56,828 bases of DNA, filler included, from Jimgerdemannia flammicorona (GCA_003990765.1; 3 parts of 3 records of this genome joined end to end with filler, not necessarily neighbours in it); one strand, 5' to 3'; positions 24,394-38,070 are shown, counted from the first letter of the whole stretch. Notes: generated by a model not told the origin, from the sequence alone. Made by a program: numbers and translations.

Positions 24394-27300
24394 GAGTCGG
24401 GTTTCTCAATGCATACGGACTACCCCAGGACAAGTTCGATGTGCTCAGTCGGTTGATTGGTCCTGCCCTTGACATTCTTTTCATATGTGAAACATGGCAC
24501 ATCCCACTGCGTCCCTCTCCCCTTATTTACATGTCTTCTCCTCCGGCATTATACAGAATTGTGGGTCACCAGAATGGTGGTCTCGTGGTCCTTATGTCAA
24601 ACTGTTTCACCCCCCTTATCTCCGGGTCCTCTGCCGACCCCTTCTATATCCGGCTCATGTTCCAGGGCCTAGCTTTGGTTGGGGTTTACGCCCCCCCCTC
24701 TCTTCCCATTGGTGGCTTCCGTGATCTGATGTCTGGACCCTTCCCGGGTAAGGCCCTTTTGATCGGTGACATCAATACCCACTTTGGTGCCCACCTTGGT
24801 GATGTCAACTCTGGTCCTCACAATCGGATGGATGTCGTCGACACCTCCCTTATGATGTGGTCATTGAACCACCTGATCCCGGTGGCTGGATCTATACGCG
24901 TTGATCACGCATTCGCCACTGCATCCCTCCATGTGTACCTCACCTGCTCCACCCCTCCTGTTACTACTGACCACCCCTCCCTCCTCACCATCTTCTTCCC
25001 CTTCTCCCCCTTGCCGATTGCTGCCTTGGCTGGTATTCGTCATTACTCTGCGAGATACCTGACTGACCCGGTCATTCAAGCTCACCTTCGGGAATCAGCG
25101 GATATCGTTTGCGATACCATTATCAGGTCTATTTACTCTGTTAGGGACCACATCACTGGCTTTTGCTCTGTGGATGACCGCTAGCAGTTTGTGGATTCCC
25201 TTGATGCTCTTTTGACCTCTGGTCTACAGTCTGTCTGTGAGGACATTCTTGGCTTGTATGACACAAGAGAAATCAGAGCAGCACTGCTCCCCAGGTGAGA
25301 CCTCCTTCGCAGTGTATCCTCGGTCTCTGATGCCATTCATGGATTTAAGTGAGCATACCACTCCACCCCCTCTGCACCCCTTCAGTCCCGCTCCCTCAAT
25401 ATCTCTGTGTTTGACGATGTGGTTACTTACTTCACCACTATCTTTGGCCAGCCGGACGCCTCCCTCCACCTCGATGACTCTGAAGACATCTTCCCCCTTG
25501 GCATGGGTGCTATTGGGCTGCAGTCTTGGTTTGACCAACCTGCAGTTTGGAGGGCTGTCCACAGCTACCCCCTCTCAAAGGCGTGTGGTGCCGACTCCTT
25601 ATATGTCCGGATCCTTCAGGTGATGGCAGGTAAGAAGGACACCCCCTGTAGCCTTTCGAAGGCCCTCTCGTTCTTCTTCCAGATGTGCATGGTCTGGGGG
25701 CTCACTCCCCACCGCTGGAACTCAGCAATCATCACCCCGGTCCCCAAGAAGGAGGAATCGCAAATGATTGATAGATTTCGCCCTATTGCTCTGACTGAAA
25801 TGTTTCGCAGACTCTTTGAGCAGTGTTTGGAAGGTTACGTCAAGAGCCGAAGTGGCCTGACAGAAATGTCGCACTGCCAAGGCGGCTTCTGAACCCACTT
25901 CTCATCCCTTTCTCATGTCTTGCTTTCGCATGAGATGTGGGCTAAGTGATGGGGCCGCCATGTCTTTTTGGACCTCCGGCAGACGTATGATTGAGTCCCC
26001 CTCAAGTGCATTCTTTCTCGCCTTGAGGCGCGAGGTGCCGATGCAGCCCTCCTTAGCATTATCCGTAGTCTGTTCAATCACTGTTCTTATCAGGTGGTTG
26101 TGAATGGCCTCATCACCCCTTCGGTCCCCACTGAGCGCAGCCTCTTCCAGGGCTCTCTCCTCTCCCCCTGGCTATTTGATGTCTTTATTGACCCCCTCGC
26201 CGCCTCCTTTGATGAACAGTTCAAGGAGTACGACTTCCCCCTTGGGCTTTTCTTTGCTGATGATATTGCCCTTACCCCCCGCACTGCCGCGGAAGGGCAA
26301 AGGATGGTTGATTTTTGCGAAGAATGGCTCTGGGTGAATGGTATAGAGCTCAATCCCAAAAAGTGTGGTTACGTTGGCCTGACTGACTGTACTGTACTGA
26401 TTGGGGGCGAACCCTGCCTGCGACCCACCTCCTATGTGTACCTGGGCATACCGTACACCAACAAAGGGTTTGACTTTGTCAGCCTTGTGTTGCAGAATGC
26501 GGCAAAGGCAGAATGAACTCTTGGGTTCTGCTATATCCGTGGTCCCCTCTGGTCGCCAATAGTCAAGTTGGCCATCCTATGTACATTCATCAGGCCTCAG
26601 CTGGAGTATGGCCTCCCCCTCCTATGTGCTTCCTGTCTGGCTACTACCACGGGGCTTCAGGTGTTGAAGCATCCCAAGCAGGTCTTCGATGATGCTGTCG
26701 CTTGGGCGGTTGGATTTTCCGGCCAGCCCCTGCTTGGCAGTTCGATTCTTGGCCTCCCTTCCTTCCTTCATCGCACGTCTGACCTCTGCTGTATGTTCCA
26801 AGCCCATCTGAATTGGTGTAGCAAGTCAGGCAACAACCCTATTGGCCCCCTTAGTGAGCGCTTTGTCACGCGTCCCCCGGGTTCTATCATTGACAAGTTC
26901 CGGCATTGGACCTCTTGGCTTGACTTCCTCGACTGGTACTGGGACCTCTGTCCCCAGGTCCGTAAGACTCGCTCGCTTCGCTCCTTCCTCCAGTCCTTCC
27001 TCCAGGATCAGCTGCTGCAGGAATGGGCCTCCTCTTCCTAGGCTCTCATTCGGTATATCACCCCCAAAGGTTGCTTGCGATCATGGAGCGCCGACCACGT
27101 CCTTTCCTTCCCCCCCCGGCTTGTGCGTTCTGCCCTCGCCTGGTGCTATAGCTATTTTGGCCAACCCCGCCCCTGCCCCTGTGGAGATAAGTTTCATCAT
27201 GACCATCTCCTCAGGTGTGGTCTTCTCGACAGTTCGTATTCTACTTTCCAAGGTTCTTCCGATCAAGATGAATAACTCGATTGATTTTCCAATAATGAAT

Positions 27301-27437
27301 GGCAGGAGGAACTCTGTGCCTACCCTCTTCACACTCTTCATGAGACAGCCTACTATGCCATAGACGCCATGTGTAACTCTAGTGGCCATCTTGTGGTTGG
27401 GTTCTGCCTGACCGAGATTACGAAGATGCTTGGGTGA
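24390..27437 (+). pseudogene. LINE ORF2 (APE-RT), ~1015 codons, several nonsense mutations
   Basis: Same motifs as copy 1. The 3048-nt span is a multiple of 3, and the stops are consistent with C>T changes (CAG>TAG, CGA>TGA). Confidence 0.93.
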
Positions 27438-27844
27438 TCAAGCGATTGCACATTTTCTTTACTCCCTTCTTTCCCCTTGTTTGCCCTGGTTGGTTCCCCA
27501 TTGTTGAGAATGCATTGAGTTATTCATCTCATTTCAGTCATTTGGCATTTAGTTGTCGATACAGTTCATGTAGTTGGCACCAGGCGAATGTGTATTATAA
27601 CTTAGCCTAACTTTTCTCTGCTTTTTGCATTTATTATCCTTACGGCCGTGACAAAATGGTTTTATCCAGCCTGTCCATAGGGTGGTTACCTCTCTGGCCT
27701 TTGTTTTGTACTTCTTAGCTAGTTGTTTACTTTACTGGCCTTGTTTTGCTTTTCTTATCTTAGGAGTCTTTATCTTTTGTTGCTCTGATGTACCTTTCTT
27801 CTCTACAATGAATAAATTCTTACTTGAAGCCTAACCCTAACCCT

Positions 27845-29672
27845 CTTAGACTCAGGTTATTCCCTATGTCTTCTACACTAGTGTGTTTTTCTTTATTAAT
27901 GATATGACCCTCATTCCTCCTGACAGAGTCTTGGTAACACTCAGTGTATAGTTGATATTTGTATTAAGTAGGTAGATATCAATAGTATCTCCTTCAATGC
28001 TAGTAAGTCTAGTGTCCTTTTCTCTGGCAATATCATTATCCTTACCCAATCCTGGGTTTCTTTCTTCTCCTCTCTCTCCTCTTCTCTCTTCTTATACCTA
28101 CTTTGATTATTCAATATAATATCTTCTTGACTGACTTTTCTTTGATTGGCCTGGTGAGCTGGTGACCCACTATAAGAAAGCTGCCTCTTTCCTCTATATC
28201 CTTTTAGCTACAGATAACAGTTGAGATCTGGCTGCATGACTTTCAGTTTACTGAATATTTATATGATTACAGATTGACTATATTCTGCTCTTTCTTTATA
28301 CATATGAGCATTTGTGGCATCTTTCTACTATATCTCATTAATCTCAAAAACTGAGATATCAATATTTTGCATTGATGTCTGGACCTTTCTCATACCTCTC
28401 CTACTACTATCTATGCTATTATATATGTAGCTCTAGTCTTTTCTTGGGCTGAGGCTTTGGCTGTATCTGTAATATTATAGATTTTTCATCTCCTACACTA
28501 TTCACACTATCCTTACCAATATTCCTACCATCACCTCTATCTTTCTCCACTCTCTCCTTGAGAAGCTCTATGCTAATTTAATCTGGCTCTCCTTCTACTA
28601 GAACCTCTCCAACCTTGTGTTGCCTCATGCCCTCAGTTTTTATATTGTATACTCTCACATTAAGTCACTCTCCTCTATATCAATATCAGTCTACTACTCT
28701 TTATAACAGCTTGTAACTATCAGAGTTTTGGTTTAGACTGATATATTTATATCCAGGACCCTTATCTTCACTACAGCGCTCTGCTCTGGTATGTGAATCT
28801 ATTTGGATTTATGGTAGAGAAATAGCAGTGAGCTCTTTTACTACTCTTATGCTCAATATCTCCTAATAGATAATATTGATACCTTAGTTGCAATCTGACC
28901 TAGTGCTCCCAAATGAGTCAAATCAATTCAAATCAAATTGAATTGAGGGTTAAATGAGTCAAATCAAATTAGGGATTTTTGAATTCAAATCAATTCAAAT
29001 CGAATCAAAAGTTGAATCAAATTGAGGGTCTGATTTGAACCCTAAATTTCAAAATACAATAACTCAGCATAAACTCATCCAAATCTAACATACTTTAGCT
29101 TGTTAGAATCATATTAATATGATGAATCTAAGCTAAAATATATTAAATTTAGATGAATTTTCATCAAGTTATTACATTTTGAAAATTATGATTCAAATTA
29201 AACTTCAAATCAAATTGAACCTTTGATTTAATTTGAATTGAATTGAATTGGACCCTTGATTTAATTTATTGGGAGTACTAATCTGATCTATATATCAATA
29301 CTTAGGATCTTATCTCAATAGTATTCCTCTATACATTTGGTCCTTGATCTCCCTGAGTATGGTCTAGTTGATGCAGTTCTTAATGGGTATGATTGGCCCC
29401 TTACTTCCTCTCTTTTCTGTACACTCAAAGCTACTATAGTTTCTGATCTCTCTCTTCTCCCCTCCTCTTCTTCTATTCAGTCTCAGTTGTATGGTTCCAT
29501 TAGACCCATTCTCTTACTGTAATATTGTTTTTCTTCAACTTAGTCTTTTTCCAAACCTTGATATATCTTATATTATTAGTCTTTATACTTTATTTAGCAT
29601 TTTCATAAGTCAGTATAGTATAGATATAATGATACACTTTGAATAAATATCTTACTTCCTATCTCTAACCCT
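27845..29672 (+). mobile_element. Telomere-associated LINE family B, 5'-truncated degraded copy
   Basis: Colinear with ~32735-34215. Ends gaataaatatcttactt-CCTATCTCTAACCCT (degenerate tail 29658-29672). Interrupted by a hAT MITE. Confidence 0.85.
28901..29280. mobile_element. hAT-type MITE
   Basis: TIRs tagtgctcccaa / ttgggagtacta and 8-bp TSD atctgacc / atctgatc. The paralogous LINE at ~33800 shows the empty site. Subterminal AATCAAATT repeats. Confidence 0.9.
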
Positions 29673-32600
29673 CTTATATTGCCTTTAACCTCAATGGTAT
29701 ATATGTTAATGTTACCTATCTCTATATATAACTCCTCCAAGATATCATCCTCCTCCTACAGCAGGAGCTCTATACTAGTCATGCTAAGGCTACTGCTAAT
29801 ATTGCCCAACTTACTGCTACCCTCTAACAAATCTCAGATCTCAACAATTACATTATTTAGCTAATTGACTGACTAATATATTTTGAATCCCCCACTCAAA
29901 CCACCTTATATTCTCAGTCTCATAGTTGTGGTCATACCACCTCCCCTCCCTCTGCTGCCACCAGGACTCCCATCTGGCTATATCAGTCATGATATCTAAT
30001 ATTAAGATTTTTGAGATTTTCTCTAGTGAATCTCTCCCACCTGTCAATAATGATAAGACCAAGGAGTCTACCTTTATTCTAGTATATCAAAGTCCCAGAA
30101 GAAGAGAGTTGTTCATGCTGCCCAACTTGTCTTTACCCCCCCTCCACTCTCCTCAACATCTTCTGCTCTTGGTTCAGTAGTCCATACTGCTGCTGCTAAC
30201 TCTTACTATCTTTATCTCCTCTATCTACTGCCTTAAAAGATCTTCCCAACAAGGGGTAGTTCTTGTTCTCTCCCTCTACCTCTAGTTCCAAGGCAGCCCC
30301 CAAGTCCTTTACTACTACCTCCTCCTCCAATATTCCCAAGGTTACCCTCTTCCAACAAGCTATTAATAAAGCTACTCACTGTATAAAGTCTAATATTGCT
30401 GATGATCTTTTTCAGACTCTTCTCCCCAATACTCAAGCCCACCATATCTGCCAATATCCCACCTATGTCTGGTCCACTAGACTATATAGTGTATATATTA
30501 ATTGTATTACTTGATAAGCCATTTCTGCTCTCAGTAAGGACCTCTGCTTTTGGGGATTTACTGTCTCCAAAATTCACAATGTCATATTTCTCAGTGACAA
30601 TATTACTGAATTCCTCATCTCTGATTATTATTGCATGAGTTTAAGTTCAAGATTACTCATTTTGAATATCAGATTCTTGAAGAGTATGATCCCTCTTATA
30701 TCTGGAACTCCAAGGCCTCTAGTAATGTCCAGACTAGGGTCTGTGAAGCATTTCAATATCATGTCCAGTGGTCTGCTGAGCCTTGTAGCAATGAGCAAAA
30801 CAGGGTATGATTTATTAACTGGGCCTGCTCTCCCAATATATCAATCTCTCCATCTCCTCACTCATAGTAAGAAGGAGCTAATGTCTGAATATATATATAT
30901 TGAATTTCTAAATATACAAGGACTCTTCTCTGGGAAATTCCACTCACTCTCTCTCTCTACCTTCTCCTGCTTTTATTATCTTTTTGTTGCTGGAATCTAA
31001 TACTTATCTAATAATGTTATCTGTCTTTTTCCTCTTTTCATTACATCCTCACCTCATTAACCCCTCTTGAGTTAACTCTGAGAGAGGTTGTAACCTCTCA
31101 ATCAACTTTGATATCTCTCTGGTTAATATCTCCAATAACTGTTTTCTTATATATTATTTCAATAGTCTCTCTCTTATTGGTATATATCTTCTCTCTTCTC
31201 TCTATATTACTTCTGATGTCAGTTCCTCTACCTGCTACCTATCTCCCTCAATTTCCCTTTCTGCTATTATTGTTAGTGACTTTAATATCAACTATACCTC
31301 AGTCTCTCCCCCTGATCACATTTATGCTATTGGACAATAGGCTAGCATCCTGTCCCTTCATTGATTCCCCCCTCTCCCCTCTCCTCTACTCTGTTGGATT
31401 GACCATATCTTTGCTTTCTCCTTCTTGAATATGTCTGTTACTCTTCACCACTCTCTAGTCTTTACTGATCATTTTTCTATGCTTTCCATTTCCCTCCCAG
31501 TCTCTGCCATCTGCTCCCTTGCCCTCTCTGCCATCTGCTGATTTGTGGTTTCTCTACTATACTCTCCTTCTCTCCACCTTTGCCAGTCTTTTACCTAGGG
31601 ACTTCTCTTTGATCTTTCAGGGTCTTGAGATACTGTAGAATAGCCTTACCCCCTCAATCTTCTCTTATATCTTTAGTATTAACATCTATAATTAGATGCT
31701 GACTGATATAATTTGTATTACTGCTAATGTCTCTATTGGTACCATCAACCCTATCTTCAACTACCATTGTCCTGATTATATTGGTGGCCACCTTGGCTGA
31801 TACTCCAATTCTATGGCTGCCATCTCTCTTTGGAAATGCTCTCTCTGAACTAGTGATCATTCTTTCTTCCTTACTATTCCTGAAGAAATTGATGACTACC
31901 AGAGGGCTATCTACTCCACTCTCATCCTTACCCATTACTCTTTGTTCCTTCTCCTGGACTACTCTTCTGAGTTCCCTGATTATATTGGTGATTTTGATCT
32001 TATATCACTCTTTTCTAAACACACTGTATAATAGACATACCACTGGTATTCTCTCTCTAAGTTCCCAGACATTAATGGCATTTATCATCACCTTTTCCAT
32101 CTCCTGGCTAGTGACCACTCTTTCAAGAATTACCCACTCTCTATTTTCCTCTCTCTACTCACATCTCTCTTTCAAATATATACTATTGCTGGTATTACTC
32201 TCTACTGTTGGAACTCTGTTCTTATCTCTCAAATCTCCAAGAAGGGTGTCTCTTTTGGTGTTGATGGCTTCTATTGTATTGTTCTTACCATTATGTTCTA
32301 CTGCCTCTTTGAGTCTGTACTCCTCTGGACTCTGGAAAAGAGTCCACATTTCTCCTGACTTGTGTCCTTCAGTAGGTACCAAGCTGGTTTCTGTTCCTCC
32401 TTTTCTACTGTAATATATACTCTCCTTTTGAATTATGTTATTGACAAGAACTCCTCCCACTATATTGTCTTTCTGGACATTGCGAAGTACTATAACTATG
32501 TTCCCTTCCCACTCATCCTCTCTTACTTTGCTGATCATAGCTACCTCTAAGGAATTCTTTCTCTTGTCTGGTCCATGTTCTATAGTCTTACTATCTCTAC

Positions 32601-34215
32601 CTTAGTGAATGGCATTGCCTTATCTAGTATTATTGCCAACATTGGTCTTCTTTAAGGAGTTGTTCTCTCTCTGTGGCTTCTCAATATCTTCCTTGACCCC
32701 TTGCAGATCTTCTCAATTGACAGTTTCTCTCTCTCTCTTAGACACAGGCAATTTCTTATACCTTATATTCCAGTATACTTTTCTTCATCAATAATATAAC
32801 CTTTGTTCCTCCTGACAGAATTCTTGATATCACACAATACATAGTAGATATATATATTGAGTGGGTGGATACCAATAATATCTCTTTTAATGTAAGCAAA
32901 TCTTGTGTCCTCTCTCTGATAATATCATCATCTCTATACATTCTTGGATTCCCCTCTCTTCCCCCCTCCCTTCTCTCCCCTCCTATACCTACCTCAGTTA
33001 TCCCATATGATATCTCCTTAGCTAGCTTTTCTTTGATTGGCCTGGGGAGCTGGTAGTTCACAACAAGAAGGCTGCTTCTTCTCTTTATGATATTTAGACT
33101 ATAGGTGATGATTAGGATCTGACTGTATGACTTTTGATATACTGAATATTTATGTATTTACAATTCAACTATATTCTGCTCTTTCTATATATGAGCATTG
33201 GTAGTGTTCTTCCACCTTATCTCCTCAATCTTAAAAACTGGGATGTTAATGTCTTGCAATAGTGTCTCAGTCTTCCCCACACTACTCCTGCTATTATCCA
33301 TACTATTATAGGTATTGCTCCAGTCCTATCTTGGGCTGAGACTTCTGCCATATCTATAAAGTTATAGGACTTTCACTCCCACTACTCCTCCAATTCTGTT
33401 CATGTCATCCTTGCCGAAATCTCCACCATAACTACTGTCTTCCTTTGATCTCTCCTTGGAAAACTTTATGCCAATCCAGTCTGACTCTCCTTCCACTGAG
33501 ATCTCTTCAATCTTGCCTCACCTCATGCCCTCAGCTCTTATGTTGCATACTCTCATATTGAATCACTTTTCTCTAGATCAATACTGATCTACTATATCTT
33601 TATGATAGCTTGTAACTATCAGGGTTTTGGTGCAGATCAGTGAATTTATATCCAGAACCCTAATCTTTTCTACAGGGCTTTACTCTGGTATGTAAATTTA
33701 TTTGAGTTTATGGTAGAGAGATATCAATACATTTGCAGTGAGCTCTTTCACCTTTTCTATACTCAGTGTCTCCTGGTGGATGGTGTTGATGACCTAGTTG
33801 TAATTTGCTCTATATATCAATATTTAGGGTCTCATCTTGCTAGTATTCTTCAATATAATAGTGAATATTTGGTCATCAATATTCCTGAGTATAGCTCAGT
33901 TGATGTAGTTCTTAATGAGCATAATTGGCCCCTTGCTTCCTTTCTTTTCTTTGAACTTAAAGTTACTATGATTTCTTATCTTTCTCTTCTCCCCCCACCC
34001 TTTCTCTATTTGATCTCAGTTGGATGGTTCAATTGGGCCCTTCTCTTCATTATTGTTTTGTTTTTCTTCAACTTAGTCTTTTTCATTACTTATTCTAACC
34101 TCAATCTGTTGTGAATTGTCAGTCTTTATATCCTACTTAGTATTTTGACAAGCTGGTATAGTATAGATGTACTGATGCACTTTGAATAAATATCTTGATT
34201 CCTAACCCTAACTCT
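29673..34215 (+). mobile_element. Telomere-associated LINE family B, near full-length degraded copy
   Basis: ORF1-like coiled coil and PKSFTT motif, APE start IEFLNIQGL (~30900), RT remnants YQAGF, VFLDIAKYY and LSLWLLNIFLDPL. Tail CCTAACCCTAACTCT at 34201-34215. Confidence 0.85.
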
Positions 34216-34452
34216 GATCTCTCTCTTCTCCCCCTCTCTTCTTCTATTTGTCCTTAGTTGAATGGTTCAATCAAGCCCTTTTCCTTGCTGTAGTTTTGTT
34301 TTTCTCAATTATATCTTTTTCATTATTTGTTCAAAACTCAATATCTTATAATTTATCAGTCTTTATCCTCTATTTAGTATTTTTACAAGCTAATGTAGTA
34401 TGGTTATACTGATACACTTTAAATAAATATCTTAATTTCTAACTCTAACTCT
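34216..34452 (+). mobile_element. Family B LINE 3'-end fragment
   Basis: Matches the family B 3' UTR (e.g. 33970-34200). Ends in TCTAACTCTAACTCT (34438-34452). Confidence 0.85.
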
Positions 34453-37400
34453 TTGTAATTCTTTATAGAATCATATCTTTTTACCTATGCCTGTATCTTC
34501 TAGTAGTTCTCTAGACAACATTTCTCTAATAGATTTCTTATATAGTATACCTATATATTATAGTTCTTACTATTGAAGATAGGACAGGAATTATTCTTTT
34601 TATTGGTATAGCCACTCTCACTACTGGTATAACTATTGGGAGAACTGTACCTATACCTGTACCTATATTACCCATACTTGGCATCATACTTGAGCTTTCT
34701 GGGTTTGATATTGACATCTTCATATATTATATAATATATATTAAAGAGCTGTTTTTATATTCTGCTTCTGCTACTGAGGCTCATAACCTTTATTGTAAAC
34801 TTATAGAAATATAGAGGAAAAGAAAGTACAAATTTATATCAAGTTGTAATAGAAATAGAATTTCAACAGAAAGATAGTTGAAAGCCAAAATTGTCAACAG
34901 ACTATTCCATTTTACTGATTTCACTAATATCTATTAGATTCTTATTCTGAAAATCAGTTTCAGAATTATTAATATATAATATAAATATAAAAGTTCAGGT
35001 ATAACCATAATTATAAAGAACAAGAATCTCAAATCTCTTTAGGGTAGGCTTATCTCTAATAGATGATATAAGTAATTTTACTATAGAAACAAATCATCAT
35101 CTCATTAACTGAGATATTAAAACTTGGTTGGCAGATTTCTTTAGAGATATTTTATATATATGAGAGTAGAGACTCAACCTCAGTATAATAATTATTTTTC
35201 TGAGATCTATAGTTCAAGATATATAAAAATCTCTTTATTTGCTTAAATCAAATTAGTAGTATAAGTTCAGTAATATAATGAAATAGTCTATTATTATTGT
35301 TAATATTCCAAAGATATAAAAGATTAACAGCTGACTTCAAAAAGGGACCAGAATAGATGCAAATGCTAAGATATATCAAGATTTCAAGAATCATAAGATT
35401 TCTCTAGTACCAATCCTTTTTACTAACTTTTTTCAATTTAGTATATTTATTTATATTAATGAAATGATCTTAGAATCTAATCCAGAAAGAATAAGTAAAA
35501 TAGATCTATGACTGATAAGTCTCTGATTAGTATAAATTATTATACAACTTAAGCTGAGTGGATTTTATATTAAAGCAGTATAAAGGCTAATATGATAGAA
35601 AGCTTATATAGGACCAAGGAGGCTATAGCTTATATATATATACTTATATAGTATAAAAGCAGACAAAGTTGTAGAAATTTCAGAAATAATAAAGAGATAT
35701 TATAATTCTCTTAGAATCTTTAAGTAGAGAAAATCTTAAGAGTAAGAGCTTAGTAATAGAAGGTCTGGCAGTAGATAATTGAGAAGAGATAGAACAATAT
35801 TATTAGATTCCCACATCACTAACTCTTTAACTCTTCTGAATAATTTCCATAATATATCAAATTACTAATTTACTTTTTTATTCTTTTTTTAGACTACACT
35901 TCTTCAATATCTGTATATGGCTCATCATCATCATCTTCTATATAGCTTAAAATTTTCATTGAAGTTAATATTCTCAAAATTGAATTAAGTCTTATCTAGT
36001 AGTTTGCAAATAGGAATAAGAAACTTAAATACAAACTTGTTGTCTAATATTGACATAAGTATAGTATAGGTATAGTAAATTATAAATATATAAAATCATA
36101 TATATTAGATCTGAAATATATAGTATATATCAGTATATAATGATATAGTAAAGAGATATTTGATATAGAAATGGTAGCACTCTTGTCTTCTGATATATAT
36201 TAGCATAGATATGGTATAGATATAGTATGATATAGATATGTAAAAATATAGTCATTAGATCTAAATTTTATAGTAGAATATATGTGAGTATAAGTAAAGA
36301 GATTTTAGTATAGAACAGCAGCACCAATAAATGTTTATATATTATATATAGCTAGAATATATACTAATTGGCTAGATAAATTTATGATTTATAAATTCAT
36401 CTAATAGAATTAATTTGTGGAATTAGTCAATTTAATTACTAATTTTATCTATATTATAGATTAAGAGATATATTAAATATTTATATTCTAATTAAGTATA
36501 ATTATTAATTTAAACTAAAGTAAGTTGATGAAATGGAGACTATAGAATGGTATAACAATATAGTATATTTTATAAATAAGTTGATAAATCGAATTAATAC
36601 TTATAAAAAAAAAAATAAAAAAAAGTATAAATACTAATTTATATATAAAAGCTCTTCCAAAGCTAAAGTTTAAGTAATATTAAAGAAACTCTTACTCTGT
36701 TATCTTACTGATCACAAGGTTTGGTAGGCAACCTTCTGAGTTCCCTTTTCCCTATTATTACTCTCTCTACCTTGGGTTAGTTTGCTGTACCTATATGTGC
36801 ATAGTGAGAGGAGGGCAATAGTAATGAGTTGCCCCTTTATTGGTATCTGATCAGTATCTTCTTCACTTTTTTGCAGTTTCTGGTATCTTCAGCTATGTCT
36901 AGAGTATATCCATTTTGGTGCAGCACCTTCTTTCTTTTGCCATTTCCAACAAGGTACTATCTCAGTGTGTCTTGGGCTATATAGGGAGTTGGCTGACCTT
37001 GGGCACAAGTGCTCACTGTAGATTACCTGCAGGTCCTTGGTATCTGTGGTGGGGCCCTCTGGCTTTGGCGAGCTTCCTGGCAAGTATGGTTCTGGCATAG
37101 GTGACTGCTTTTTGGGTATTGTCAGAATGGAAGAAGAGATGGTCATCACAGATAGGAGGAAGAGCAATAACAGTGGACCAGTAGGGTGCCAGACTAGGGG
37201 TAGCTGTCAGGACTGGGGAAGGTGCTGCTTTGGTGGGGCCTTTTGATTGGTGTAGTGTAGTTAGATGATAGGTGTCACTCTCAGCTTCTTTTGGCAGTTA
37301 GATGGGTTAGGTCCCAGTCATCAGGGGGGGTCAGGGGGCCTGAGGCTATCTATTTCAGGTATCTTGGCTACACTTAACTAGAACAGAGAGCTTATATGGT

Positions 37401-37857
37401 AATGTGATCAAGATCTGCAGACTTGAGTAGTAGGGTATTGGGGGTTTCCTCCCACCTTATGTGTAAGTCCTTTACTCACCTCAACTGGGAGAACCAGATC
37501 CTACCCACCATGTTGTGCTTTGATGAGGGGTTTTTTTCTGCCTGTCATTCTCTTTGGGGTGACAGGGGCTATTCTATTTGGCTTAGATATGGCCTTGTAT
37601 ATACATTGAGTTCTTGGACATATGCTTTCGGTCATTGGCATATAGCTGGGTTTCCCCTAGTGATAGGGAGAGTATAGTGTGCAGAACAAGGTGTAGGTCT
37701 CATTGACTCTGCTGTACCTGGTATAGTCGAGCTACTGAATAATAGCTAGCCTAGGTTAATGGGAGAGCAGTGCTTGGTGGGTGGTGGGGGAGGGTTTTGG
37801 CCTATACAGTCTAGGTTCCCTTCTAGTAAAAATCCATGGAACATTGAATCTGTTAAA

Positions 37858-37957
37858 NNNNNNNNNNNNNNNNNNNNNNNNNNNNNNNNNNNNNNNNNNN
37901 NTTAATTAATTAANNNNNNNNNNNNNNNNNNNNNNNNNNNNNNNNNNNNNNNNNNNN
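37858..37957. other. Assembly gap with TTAATTAATTAA linker
   Basis: 100-bp N run with central linker. Confidence 0.97.
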
Positions 37958-38050
37958 TGAATTCTTGCAGGGGTGACTCTTGTAGTCAGGGTAGTTGTTG
38001 TGGGGGTTGTTCATTTTTTAGCTTGAAAGTGAGGGATTCATCTTGAATCA

Positions 38051-38067
38051 CCAGCCAATGGGCACCA
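38051..38067 (-). promoter_or_regulatory. Primer binding site
   Basis: TGGTGCCCATTGGCTGG lies 3 nt after the LTR end. A decayed homolog follows the LTR at 39888. Confidence 0.75.
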
Positions 38068-38070
38068 AGT

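Larger units (their letters stand above)
22691..27844 (+). mobile_element. Telomere-associated non-LTR retrotransposon family A, copy 2 (apparently full length, ~5.15 kb)
   Basis: 5' UTR with TATAAATA at ~22795, ORF1, ORF2, 3' UTR and tail CCTAACCCTAACCCT (27830-27844). Colinear with copy 1. Confidence 0.95.

Noticed and set aside
28905..29275. Short AATCAAATT repeats suggesting a CRISPR or satellite
   Set aside because: No repeat-spacer periodicity. These are subterminal repeats of a hAT MITE.
34460..37857. Decayed coding-like DNA after the LINE array
   Set aside because: Probably old TE or gene debris, but no motif could be recognised.
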